Positions 1 through 11,382 of a stretch of DNA of 64,000 nucleotides are shown here, piece by piece. The stretch spans positions 76,937,653-77,001,652 of the forward strand of contig NC_068983.1 of NCBI RefSeq assembly GCF_001194135.2. Reading direction: 5' to 3'. The position numbers and the translations under genes are program-made. The notes under the pieces were generated by a model. The model was not told where the DNA came from. It saw only the letters and a list, made by a program, of their open reading frames with translations, and searched no databases. The first letter of the stretch is position 1; the number at the start of each line of letters is the position of its first letter. The stretch is from Octopus bimaculoides. Lineage: Eukaryota.

Positions 1-9
1 CTCTATTTA

Positions 10-480
10 GACGATACCAATATTTTGCGTGTGAAGGTCTACACCTAAGAAAAATCTGCCTATTTAAAAAAGTAGAATGTTGTAGAAAAATTGGACATGT
101 AAAAAGAAAAGAGTAAACTAGATATCGTCGAAAGAAAGTGATTATGTGACAAAGAAATTCGTAAGTGTGAAAACTGAAATATAAGAGTAAAAATGCAGTT
201 AGATAGTTGAAGTGTCATTACCATTGTGAGTGAAGAAACTTTGAAGTATATAGGTAAGCCAAAATCAAGTAAATCAAGTAAATCACGAACAGCTTGTAGA
301 GCACGTTAAAAGGGTCTTCGAAAAGATAAGGGAATACGCTTCTCAGCTAAGTGAAGATAAATGCGTGTTTTTTTCTGAAAGAAAAAAAAGAAGTTAAATA
401 CTTGGGCCAGATAATATATAAAAGCGTACGGAAACTGGGTCCATTCAGAGTAACTGCGATAAGGAATATATATAATGCAA
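10..480 (+). mobile_element. Decayed Ty3/Gypsy LTR retrotransposon fragment (gag zinc knuckle, protease, distal RT), internally deleted
   Basis: Manual translation: YFACEGLHLRKICLFKKVECCRKIGHV (gag Cys/His knuckle), IRVKMQLDS*SVITIVSEETLKYIGKPK (aspartyl protease D-S/T-G motif with G mutated to stop), then EHVKRVFEKIREY...SEDKCVFF...VKYLGQII (RT motifs after YxDD). Stops and frameshifts present; no LTR recognised. Confidence 0.75.
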
Positions 481-1349
481 TGATGAGGATATGAAAACCA
501 CATTCCATCGTGTGGATAAAATGCATGCTTGGTAATTTCGCTTAAACTGAAAATTTCAATAAATTATAAACGTAAATCAAACAGACCACAGACCGAATAG
601 GAGGTGAAAAGTCCGACGCCGACCGAGACAACGAATAAGATAAATATACAATGGAATATGTAGAAGAAAGAAGTTGTACTGCGTATAAATATAGTTTGAA
701 AGTAGATAAAATGAATAAACTATAATGAAATTAAACATAAACAAATAAATGAACGACAGGAAATTTGAGGAAAAAATGTAGGATTTATTACATTTATTTT
801 CCCTTACATTAGATATTGAGAACAGCACCAAAAACATTTATTCATATATTCAATGCCTGAAACAGATTTGTATAAACATGTGTAAATACAAATGCAGTAT
901 GGAAAACGATGTTTTAAATGAATATTTATTTGTACGAAACTGCAAAGCAAGCCTGAAAATGTGGTGATATATATCCTGCATCGTATATATTTCTCTTATT
1001 CGAAATGCATACTCATTTTTTTTTGTATATTGCCATAAAAGCATGCAAAACGATCTGGCTTGCATGTCAGGTCGTTCTACATAATTTAGTGGTAATATAC
1101 AAGAACCCACATAATTCGTTACATGCTCGATGACCGTTAACTAAAGAGTCATCCTCAATTGACTTGTTTGTCGAAGACATGTTTGTGTACCCAGCATGAT
1201 GAAGAAAATAGTTGTCAAAAGGACAGAAGAATCACATATATGTAACATGTAGTCCAAATATGTATACACATTGATGGAACATTTTTTTTATTAAAGCATA
1301 TTTCTTTTCAGAATTTAATACAACCTATATTAGTTAGTGAACCTTTTCA

Positions 1350-2330
1350 ATGTCTCTTTTCAAAATGATGACCACTCATGTCCAGACAATGCTGACAAGA
1401 AGGGGCAATGGGATTGCAAACATCGGTGTTTCACTCAGTTTTTTTCGCCTTCTCGTTCGATGGTTGCTCTTAAATTGTCAATTCTTACCGGCATTATTTT
1501 GTTAGTATTTCAATAAGAAAAATCTATTAATGTGAGGTACAGTAAACGCAGAAGGTATTCTACGGAACCTCCTTTATCTGTTTGTCAACACCTTATCAAC
1601 GTAGGCCCTTAACGTAGAAATAAAATAAATTTCATTTGATTACTTGCCAGGACAGATTATCACAGCAACTTCAAATAAATGAGACCATTCACATTATCTT
1701 AAAAACAGGACGGTCCATTTAATCTTTTTGATGTTGAGGTGCTCCATGGTGTTTTTTTTTTTTTTTTTTTTTGGTAATGATGTATCTCTGTAATATGCAG
1801 TTTCTCAGATTCGCAATTGTGATGCTTATAGAAACCATTTTTATTCAAATGAAGTTGCATTATTCCAAGCAACTTTTGTCAGTACGCATGTACCATTTAT
1901 TTCTGGACCATTGCAGCGTGCAGCGCTTCTCTCGACCACAGGTTCATAAGATGGTTGTGATCTGTAAACAGTTTTGAGAAGGAACTGGAAAAAGGGGAAT
2001 GAACATGCAACCTGCATGTGCACACTGAATCCGTAAAACGGAAGAGAAGGTTAAAAACGCAATGTCAAACTAGTGACATGATGGACTGCATACCACATCT
2101 TACACTACTGTCACTCAATTTTGCTGCAATACACGCGCAAAACCTTTCCCATCGTTCCAGATTATTTACATTGTGTGTAAGGGTAATTTGTGGAAAGTAA
2201 CGTATCAATACTGCACTTCAAAATGCGGGAGACGCTTAATTTTGTAATTCCAATTTCACGGGTGCCTAAGTGCTGCTCAAAATTTTGTACATTAGTCATA
2301 TGTTTATAGTAACTTTGCTTGCCTTGTGGA
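1350..2330 (-). mobile_element. Highly decayed Tc1/mariner-superfamily transposase remnant
   Basis: Minus-strand fragments QLHLNKNGFYKHHNC, KINGPSCF*DNVNGLIYLKLL, PVRIDNLRATIERE and CLDMSGHHFE occur in the expected order for a DDD transposase. TIRs not recognised. Confidence 0.6.
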
Positions 2331-2644
2331 GCTCATCGAGGACAGTTGTATACTAGGATGTTTTTCGTGAACATTCTATACAATGTGTCACATAGGTCGA
2401 CCTGTCTGAAACATCTCCTAAACTCTCATTTGAATTCGAATGAATTTAAACATTACTAATTGTATTTTAGGATAAATTTTCATTCTTCAAAACTTTGTTC
2501 TGCTCCTTTCGTTGTTTGTATTATTTATAATGGATGAAATGGGAAAAGAACTGAAAATTAAGTGAGATCCCAGACTTTTAGGCGTGCGTAAATTACTTCC
2601 GCCTCTGTTCATGTCTGGCAGTCTCTTTGTCTTATTGTCTGTTT

Positions 2645-2653
2645 GTCTATGGC

Positions 2654-2720
<67 letters not shown>

Positions 2721-2724
2721 ATAC

Positions 2725-2782
<58 letters not shown>

Positions 2783-2790
2783 GTGTGCAT
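2645..2790. repeat. Compound microsatellite (TCTG)n(TC)n(TA)n(TG)n
   Basis: Directly visible tandem repeats. Confidence 0.95.
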
Positions 2791-3319
2791 TATAACGAAT
2801 TCAAGCAGTATCAGACTAAAATAGCCAGTCATGAATCATACTTAATGTAATTACACCGTGGTACGCAAATATGTGTATGAGTGTATTCATACATGTCCTT
2901 TTCTTTCTTTTTCATTTATTGTCTATTTTAACTCCTTTCCTCAATCGGTGGCACAATTGTAAATGAGAGTTGTTTTTCTAAGATTGTTCTTTTCTGTAAC
3001 TCTTTTCTTTAGGTATTCAACCATTCATATATATATTTTAAAATATTTTCCTCGATGTTGCTGTCCCAGATACTGTTATCGTATGTATCGTATCTGTTAT
3101 GGCCCTGCGTACTTCCTTCAAGTATCAATATTCAACCATAGTTTTATCCAATTGTCTGGTGCAAGTCCTCTCACTCCATCAGTAATGGATATTGCATTTT
3201 AAGCGTTGTTTCGATGCTGCAATGATCTCTTTGTTTTGGTGTGTAGAAGATGAAGTTTCTATTACTTTTTTCACTGGAATATTATCTGACTGGTTTTCTC
3301 CAATTTGAGACCCGGTCAG

Positions 3320-3598
3320 AATTCTTCCAACGGACAGGATTCTATTAATGACATCCCAAAACTAGCTGAGCGCCTCAACGCACGTGTAGAACACACGTAC
3401 CCCTATTAACGAAGAGCTATACAATATCCAATTTCCATTAAACTTCAACAAATACATAACTCTCTATGTAGAGTGTGATATATCTATCACAGCTGTATTT
3501 TGCACAAGAACGTAACACATAACCCAGGCCAAGAATTGAAACTACAATCTTACGATTATGAATGTAACACTTTAACAACTAAGCGATGTGCTTCCACT
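3320..3598 (-). mobile_element. tRNA-derived SINE (family A), older diverged copy
   Basis: Reverse complement has a tRNA-like head (A-box and B-box remnants) and a 3' region resembling 4085-4160 of the copy at 3823-4203. Confidence 0.6.
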
Positions 3599-3822
3599 AC
3601 GTAACAAGCGATGTTGCAAATATTTGAATAATGCTTGAGATTATTATCCAGTAAAATATGGGTAAAAAGTTCTCTCTGCTTTTCAAATCCTAACATGCAA
3701 AAGTAGCACTTTATCAATGGAGCTTAGCAGGGACCATGTTAGGAAGAGCAGCTGCAAAGTGAAGCTTCTAGCTTCGATACCCTAAGTTTTTCTGTGACTA
3801 TATTAGTTGCTATATAGATACA

Positions 3823-4203
3823 GGGAGGCTCAATGGCCCAGTGGTTAGGGCAGCGGAATCGCGGTCATAGGATCGCGGTTTCGATTCCCAGACCGGGCGT
3901 TGTAAGTGTTTATTGAGTGAAAACACCTAAAGCTCCACGAGGCTCCGGCAGGGGATGGTGGTGAACCCTGCTGTACTCTTCCACAACAACTTTCTCTCAC
4001 TCTTACTTCCTGTTTCTGCTGTGCCTGTATTTCAAGTGGTCAGCCTTGTCACACTGTGTCACGCTGAATATCCCCGAGAACTACGTTAAGGGTACACGTG
4101 TAAGTGGAGTGCTCAGCCACTTGCACGTTAATTTCACGAGCAGGCTGTTCCGTTGATCGGATCAACTGGAACCCTCGACGTCATAAGCGACGGAGTGCCA
4201 ACA
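3823..4203 (+). mobile_element. tRNA-derived SINE (family A), near full length
   Basis: Head GGGAGGCTCAATGGCCCAGTGGTTAGGGCAGCGG...GGTTTCGATTCCC with pol III A and B boxes, followed by a GC-richer body of about 300 bp that is not tRNA; no complete cloverleaf. Confidence 0.85.
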
Positions 4204-4494
4204 TAGTTACAGGGGTGCGGACGGTATTCGTTCGCAGTGTTCAACTGCGAGTTTTACGTATGTTTCTTTTATATTCGTTGTCGGTCTTTTTCTTCTTAAT
4301 AACCATTTTTGCTTTATTTTCTTTTTTTTATTTCTTAACATCTCACCCCAATTTATGAAACATGGAGTCCTCTGGGGAATCTGTACTAGAAAGACAAAGA
4401 AGGAGATTTCAAACTTCCTCAACGTCAGCAGACGCATAGCGGAAAACGTTACAAATAAGTTGGAAGATTCAGGATTCAATTACGAAGTGACAGC

Positions 4495-4560
4495 AGAAAT
4501 GTAATCGACTTATCACTCCCCCGAAATTGCTGGCCTAATTCCAAAATTTGAAATCAATAT
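4495..4560 (+). mobile_element. SINE family B 3' tail fragment
   Basis: ATGTAATCGACTTATCACTCCCCCGAAATTGCTGGCCTAATTCCAAAATTTGAAATCAAT matches 27047-27108. Confidence 0.65.
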
Positions 4561-4724
4561 CCTGATGCATGCATTTAGTTAAATTATATAGTCTAGCTCA
4601 AATGTCATTCAATCAAATAAATAACAATCTGTGTATTTACACAATCCTTACATATATGAATGGTATTTTCCTCAAACACTCCGTACATGCTTTTTATGCT
4701 GACGAACATATTTCCTATTATAGT

Positions 4725-4845
4725 TTGAACTTCTAGCATTAGGGCAACAATTTTAGTAGAGGGATTAGTCGATTACGTCGACCCTAGTTCTTGAATGGTA
4801 CTTATTTTATCGATCCCAAATGGATGAAAGGCAAATTCAACCGAT
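4725..4845 (-). mobile_element. SINE family B 3' half
   Basis: GATTAGTCGATTACGTCGACC...GGTACTTATTTTATCGATCCC...GATGAAAGGCAAATTCAACC matches 7874-7955 in the same orientation. Confidence 0.7.
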
Positions 4846-5589
4846 CTCCTCCGTAATACAAATGAGTTACATATACCAATCATTTCTTTAGGCAAATCCA
4901 CTGTCATGACACGCATTATGACAAACTTTTACTATTTACTTCAATGCTCGTATTGAAGAGTGATACTCTTTATACATAGTTAACATTTCGAATTAAAGCA
5001 GCCACTTTAAAAGTTACGTTTTGCCAGATAAGGCGCAGGTTACGAAATACATTTTCTGTAGGTGTTACATAACTAGGCAAGTTTCGTTGATATTAAATCT
5101 GACATTAAATATCATATATCTACCTTTATGAAAACATTTATAAGCTATTAGAAAATATAGTGAATTACTTTATAAATAATATAGCTCCGTGTCTGGCTAT
5201 AGCAATCATAAGGGGAAAACTAAGATATATAGCAATTTTCGTAAAATATTTTTCTATAAGCTTTTATATTAAACGCAATTTTTTTGAGTCTGAAAAACAG
5301 AGGATATATAAAACACAAGCATATATACTTGTACAGAAATATCTTGTACACAAGAAAAATATATAAATTTGTCTCTTTTTGCATAAATTTTAATATTTTT
5401 CGCTTTAAACGAAATGAATGGCGGTGAATCTACGTGAGTAGGTAAATCATCATTAAAATAAGTGGTTTTCATGACAGAAATGAAAATATTGATAGTGATT
5501 TACTGATACGTTAAAAAAAAAAACGTAGTGCATATATTCTTTCTCTATAATTTTCGGTAACTTTTCACGCATACACACGGGACTGATTA

Positions 5590-5623
5590 TACACACACAC
5601 GCGCACACATACACACACGCACG

Positions 5624-5654
<31 letters not shown>

Positions 5655-5686
5655 ACACACACACACACACATACACACACACACAT
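5590..5686. repeat. (CA)n microsatellite
   Basis: Directly visible. Confidence 0.95.
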
Positions 5687-5699
5687 TGTTATATTTCGG

Positions 5700-7040
5700 G
5701 ATGTTCATTTTTTGCCAAATACCTTTATTATTGTTTGAACTTATTCGTCACACGGTCTGTAACCTCTCCAGTGACATTCCATCACAATTGTCTCAAGCTA
5801 TCGGCTTCACTAAATGTTTACAGGCAGAATTGTTTGCGGGCGGTGAATACAGGGAAATTCTGTTTTACGTCTCCGGAGACCGTTAGAGGAATGAAGGCTA
5901 ATTCAATACTGCAGTTTCAAATATTTCGGATCACGTGCGTTAGCGCGAGTCCGACTAATTAGTTTCAGTTGAATCTAACATTTATGACCAAATTTTAGAA
6001 TATCCGCAAACATCTCTCTTTGTAAATATTCGGTGAAGCTCTACATAGCATCGATAGCTTACGGGCTGCTATTTCCAGCAGCGATCGTACTTCGTGTACA
6101 TCCGCTTTGTATATTTGTAATTTTACCTTTTATGGCGCTTTATTTTTGTTGGATAGTAATATTATTATAAATAATATTTATATTCCTTGCATATCTTGAT
6201 GAAGTGCGTGTGTGTATGTGTGTGTGCGTATGCGTGTGTGCGTTTGTGCATGTGTTTGGAAACATGCCCATGTTTATACCGTGTATCTTCAATGTTTTGC
6301 ATTGAAGAACAAAATTCTGTTATTGCATTAGAGAACGTTAGTATAAACTTACAAACTACAAAAACTCGCAAAGCTCAGAACATATCAATGCCACACATAA
6401 ACACCTGCATATTTAAAGATACTAGCATTTTTTCCGATATTTGAGTCATATTTATAATACAAAATGTACTGTCACTGCTTTCCTTTCAGACATTCAATTT
6501 TGGAGAGAAATATAGTTCCATTGCTTTTCAGAATTGCGGATCGTCATCTCCACATTTGTAAAAAAGGAAAAATTTTGAATTTTCCATCTCTGCATATTTC
6601 CAGATGCTTACTTAATAGAATCTTGCGTAATTCTTCTTTTCGGGTATGTTGCCTGTGGATTCTTGCACGTTGGCAGAGGGAATTATTTGTTTCAGCAATG
6701 TAATTTCTTTTGCAGTTTGGGCAGGTAATGAAGTATAAGATGTTTTGCGTCTTGCAGTTCATATCTGCATTTATTTTTAAAAGGGATCCGCTATTGAATT
6801 TTATGTGCGAACCACTATCTAATCATTTGAAGTTGTTATTGTTGTTGCATTTTCCACATTACCATTCTCCAAATTCTTTTACTAAGAATTCTGATTCAAT
6901 CTCTGATTTGAATTCTGCCCTTGTAAGGTGTTTTTAACATTGTTTGATTGGCATCTACTATTCCGTAAGATGTTTTTTTTTTCAATCACATTTTTCATTT
7001 TAGGGGTTTATAGGAGTATAAATAACACTGCAAATAGTCA
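5700..7040 (-). mobile_element. Penelope-like retroelement 3' part (RT-linker, GIY-YIG endonuclease, pseudo-LTR), 5'-truncated
   Basis: ORF 6544-6762: NCKTQNILYFITCPNCKRNYIAET...RARIHRQH...SKHLEICRDGKFKIFPF (Penelope GIY-YIG with CxxC). Upstream KHLTRAEF linker; C-terminal FSPKLNV*. Hammerhead-like motif downstream. The 5700 boundary is approximate. Confidence 0.85.
5900..5975 (-). ncRNA. Degenerate type I hammerhead ribozyme in Penelope pseudo-LTR
   Basis: 5'-GATTCAA CTGAAAC ...TCGGA...TCCGA AATATTT GAAA CTGCAG TA TTGAATT-3': 7-bp stem I, core two substitutions from CTGANGA, GAAA, palindromic stem III, UA cleavage site. Confidence 0.55.
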
Positions 7041-7135
7041 ACACAGTATAAACTTGGACATGTTCCTCCCAACACAGACACACTTCATCAAGGGATTCTC
7101 TCCAAAATTCAATGTTTGAAGGTAAAGCAGAGAAT
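7040..7135 (+). mobile_element. Inverted Penelope 3'-end fragment (copy 1)
   Basis: TQTHFIKGFSPKFNV*; 7096-7115 is a 19/20 inverted match to about 6490-6509. Confidence 0.6.
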
Positions 7136-7429
7136 TTGCATTTTTCATTACACATGTGGCTCATCTCTACATATGTTCAAGTATATATATATATATATGT
7201 AGTATTGAGATGTTCTAGCTTTACATATTTGCATATATTNNNNNNNNNNNNNNNNNNNNNNNNNNNNNNNNNNNNNNNNNNNNNNNNNNNNNNNNNNNNN
7301 NNNNNNNNNNNNNNNNNNNNNNNNNNNNNNNNNNNNNNNNNNNNNNNNNNNNNNNNNNNNNNNNNNNNNNNNNNNNNNNNNNNNNNNNNNNNNNNNNNNN
7401 NNNNNNNNNTGTGTGTGTGTGTGTTTGTA

Positions 7430-7545
7430 AATATCATACTAATGTTTTTCACGCAGAATTACATTTCATCAAAAAATTCCCTCCAAAATTGAATGTTTGA
7501 AAGAAAAGGGGAGCCAGTACATTTTGTATTCTAAATATAACTCAA
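7430..7545 (+). mobile_element. Inverted Penelope 3'-end fragment (copy 2)
   Basis: AELHFIKKFPPKLNV* followed by CAGTACATTTTGTATTCTAAATATAACTCAAA, an inverted match to about 6435-6510. Confidence 0.65.
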
Positions 7546-7813
7546 AGACGAGAAAAAGAAAGAAAGACGAAAAAAGAAGGAGAGAGTAGAAAAGAGATAG
7601 AAAGAAAAGTGAAAAAAGAAGAGAAGAGAGAAATAAAGCAAAAAGACTTTCAGTAATGACCACGACTCTTGGCAATACAATGGTAAACAACTAACTAAAT
7701 CAATAAAGAGGAAGAGGGATCCATTTTCTCCCTCTGCCTCTCTATACCTACCTACTTATATACATACATACATACCTATCTATCTATCTATCTATCTGTC
7801 TATCTATATTTCT

Positions 7814-8044
7814 TATTTCTTTATTGCCCACAAGGGGCTAAACATAGAGGGGACAAACAAGGGAAGACAAAGAGATTAAGTCGATTACATCTACCCCAGT
7901 GCGTAACTGGTACTTAATTTATCGACTCCGAAATGATGAAAGGCAAAATCAACCTCGGCGGAATTTGAACCTAGAACATAACGGCAGACGAAATACCGCT
8001 AAGCATTTCGCCCGGCGTGCTAACGTTTCTACCAGGTCACCGCC
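7814..8044 (-). mobile_element. tRNA-derived SINE (family B), full length, with LINE-like AATAAAGAAAT tail
   Basis: Minus strand head GGCGGTGACCTGGTAGAAACGTTAGCACGCCGGGCG...GGTTCAAATTCCGCC (B-box), body shared with 4725-4845 and 26958-27060, tail CCCCTTGTGGGCAATAAAGAAAT. Confidence 0.85.
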
Positions 8045-11000
8045 TTTACCTATATTTGTATGTATTTATCTCCATTGTCATGGAACCTCAGCAAAAACAA
8101 AACAAAAAAAAAACAAAAAAAACAATGTTCTCTTCTTCGAGAGGAAAATCCTCCAAAACATCTGCTTTATATAAATGAACATGCTGTTTGTACATTCACA
8201 AAAGTTTATTTCAAAAGTTCGATGAACGAACGACAGCACTAATAATAATGAAGANNNNNNNNNNNNNNNNNNNNNNNNNNNNNNNNNNNNNNNNNNNNNN
8301 NNNNNNNNNNNNNNNNNNNNNNNNNNNNNNNNNNNNNNNNNNNNNNNNNNNNNNNNNNNNNNNNNNNNNNNNNNNNNNNNNNNNNNNNNNNNNNNNNNNN
8401 NNNNNNNNNNNNNNNNNNNNNNNNNNNNNNNNNNNNNNNNNNNNNNNNNNNNNNNNNNNNNNNNNNNNNNNNNNNNNNNNNNNNNNNNNNNNNNNNNNNN
8501 NNNNNNNNNNNNNNNNNNNNNNNNNNNNNNNNNNNNNNNNNNNNNNNNNNNNNNNNNNNNNNNNNNNNNNNNNNNNNNNNNNNNNNNNNNNNNNNNNNNN
8601 NNNNNNNNNNNNNNNNNNNNNNNNNNNNNNNNNNNNNNNNNNNNNNNNNNNNNNNNNNNNNNNNNNNNNNNNNNNNNNNNNNNNNNNNNNNNNNNNNNNN
8701 NNNNNNNNNNNNNNNNNNNNNNNNNNNNNNNNNNNNNNNNNNNNNNNNNNNNNNNNNNNNNNNNNNNNNNNNNNNNNNNNNNNNNNNNNNNNNNNNNNNN
8801 NNNNNNNNNNNNNNNNNNNNNNNNNNNNNNNNNNNNNNNNNNNNNNNNNNNNNNNNNNNNNNNNNNNNNNNNNNNNNNNNNNNNNNNNNNNNNNNNNNNN
8901 NNNNNNNNNNNNNNNNNNNNNNNNNNNNNNNNNNNNNNNNNNNNNNNNNNNNNNNNNNNNNNNNNNNNNNNNNNNNNNNNNNNNNNNNNNNNNNNNNNNN
9001 NNNNNNNNNNNNNNNNNNNNNNNNNNNNNNNNNNNNNNNNNNNNNNNNNNNNNNNNNNNNNNNNNNATATTTATATATTTGATCCTTTATATTGAACACT
9101 CAATATTTCATCTACATTCAATACCCCACATTGGTTCTGCAGGAATATAAATAAAACATAAAAGACAGACAGTGTTGGAACTCTTTTAAACAAAATAATA
9201 TATTCCTCTATACACAATCATACAAATAAACCACCTTTTTTGTATTTATTTTTACTCGCATATATATATATATATATATATATAGTCAATTTCAACATGA
9301 ACAAGCAAGAAAAAACATGGCAAAACCCGAAAAAACAACGTGAGGACGTAGAATAAGCACAGTGCTATTGTACGCTCAGGCAAGGAAAGAAAAGAAAGAG
9401 GGATTTAACGTTTCGATCGGAGATCTTCGTCAGAAATATAGGAGGAGTCCAAAGAAGAGAAGACAGAGAAAGAAAATCGCCAACGATGCACACGCGGTCA
9501 CATATTGGAATGACCGGAAGGGAAAGGGTGGAGAAAAAATTATTTTCAAAGACAGGAAAGTGCAAGAGAAGGAGGTATGTGTATGTGTGTGTAATGGTAG
9601 AAGGTGTGTGTGTGCAATGATAGCAGGTGTGTGTGTATGTGTGTGTGTGTGTGTGTAGTTGTGGTTGTTTATGTATGTGTGTGGTTGGACATAGTATCGT
9701 TAAGGTCATAGGAATAATTTTATATATATATATATATATATCGGCAGACATTATAGGTAACAGTATACGTAATATACTATTACAATAAATACACTGCGTA
9801 TAGAAACTTCTCATTAATATTTATATATTACATAGTGCTGCGTTTCATATTTTACACCCAGCCTTGTTAACTTAGCAGTAACATCCAGATGGACTCGTTT
9901 GCATTGTATACGGTTTACTGTATTAATTGGTTTTGTTAAGGCCTTAGTAATAATGCTACCGGGATCATTGTATTGTTAGACAGTATGTAGTTGCTTCATA
10001 AATTCCATAACTTGATAGAATTTATTTCCTGATATCATTTTCTTTTTGTTGTTCAATCGAAAATATTTATAAAGATAATGTGTTTACGTCCACGTATTGC
10101 ATCTGGCACTGGTTACCATTTGTAGGCATGTTCTATAGTACAAATAGATATTGCTGACACATGATTAATAAGGCTTGTCAATTTTTACGTAGATTTTGTT
10201 TTACCTTGATTAGCGCTGACTGACAGGAAATATTTCCAATCAATGGTATATTTACCACACATAATACCGATCATCTGCATCCGCCACTGTTAATACTATA
10301 CACATTTATTATCATTATCTGGAATGACACTCACCTTGTAAACATAATATAATAGCATCAAGGGATTTAATAGTTATGCCTGCTTTTAGTGGGTAAATGT
10401 ATACATTACGGGCGCTATGAATTTGAAACTCATTCAATAAGCCTTTTTCATAGGTAGATTTTCTTTCGGTTAAAATAAATTTTTATATGCAATGTAACAG
10501 ACATGTCAGTGTTTGTGTACAATGAATGATGCAGCAATGTCTGTTATTTAGTCATGAAAGATCGGATTAAATGTATTTGATATAATGGTAAAATGTAGTG
10601 ACTATGAATGATATGAGTATGACAGATATTTCACTTATGTTAATGAGTTTTATGATAGGTCATATATTATGTCTTCCGATGATGCTTGTCGCAATACAAA
10701 AAGCCTATTTCATGTGTGATAATTGAATTTTATTGATTTAGTCGCAGATTTTGATGTAGTTAATGTAGGTTTGAACAATAGTGCACATGCGACTGCCATG
10801 CTATCTATGCATTCGCCAGAGATATTTTTTAGTTATAAATCTGTAGTAAGGTCATAGAAATATAGGTTAAAAGGAGTTAGATACGCAAATTATTTCCACT
10901 GTTTCATAGACAGATTTGCGATTAAGCAATATTTTTACTGTTGCATATTACATTGGTTTCTTAATGTGCATGCTTGCTTGTTATTTTGATGCGATAAAGT

Positions 11001-11170
11001 GTCTAATACATTCGAATATTTCACTGATATTAAAGTAGCTATGATTGCTCATTTGGAATGAACAATTTTTGATGCAGCCATGTATATTTTGAATGATATT
11101 TGTTTGCGATGTAGGATAAATGAGTGGTGGGATAAATTTGTTCTGTAAATTGTGCAGAGAAATGTGCAAA

Positions 11171-11328
11171 TAGGCGCACGTGCGGATGTATATTGAGAAG
11201 TTTAATTTTTGAAGACGTGGTTCAGTCCCAGTGCGTGGCACATTGAGCAGTCAATTTCAACTATAATCTTGAGCTGACGAAACTATTGAGATGGATTTAG
11301 TAGACGGTAACTGAAAGAAGTCTGTCGC

Positions 11329-11382
<54 letters not shown>

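Noticed and set aside
3823-3900. Possible tRNA genes at SINE heads (also 7970-8044, 28700-28802, 60039-60115)
   Set aside because: A and B boxes are present but no complete cloverleaf, and each continues into a multi-copy SINE body.
10260-10345. Cadherin-like DNDN and VADADD words (Octopus has many protocadherins)
   Set aside because: They lie in different frames with wrong spacing and lack the PxF and LDRE motifs.
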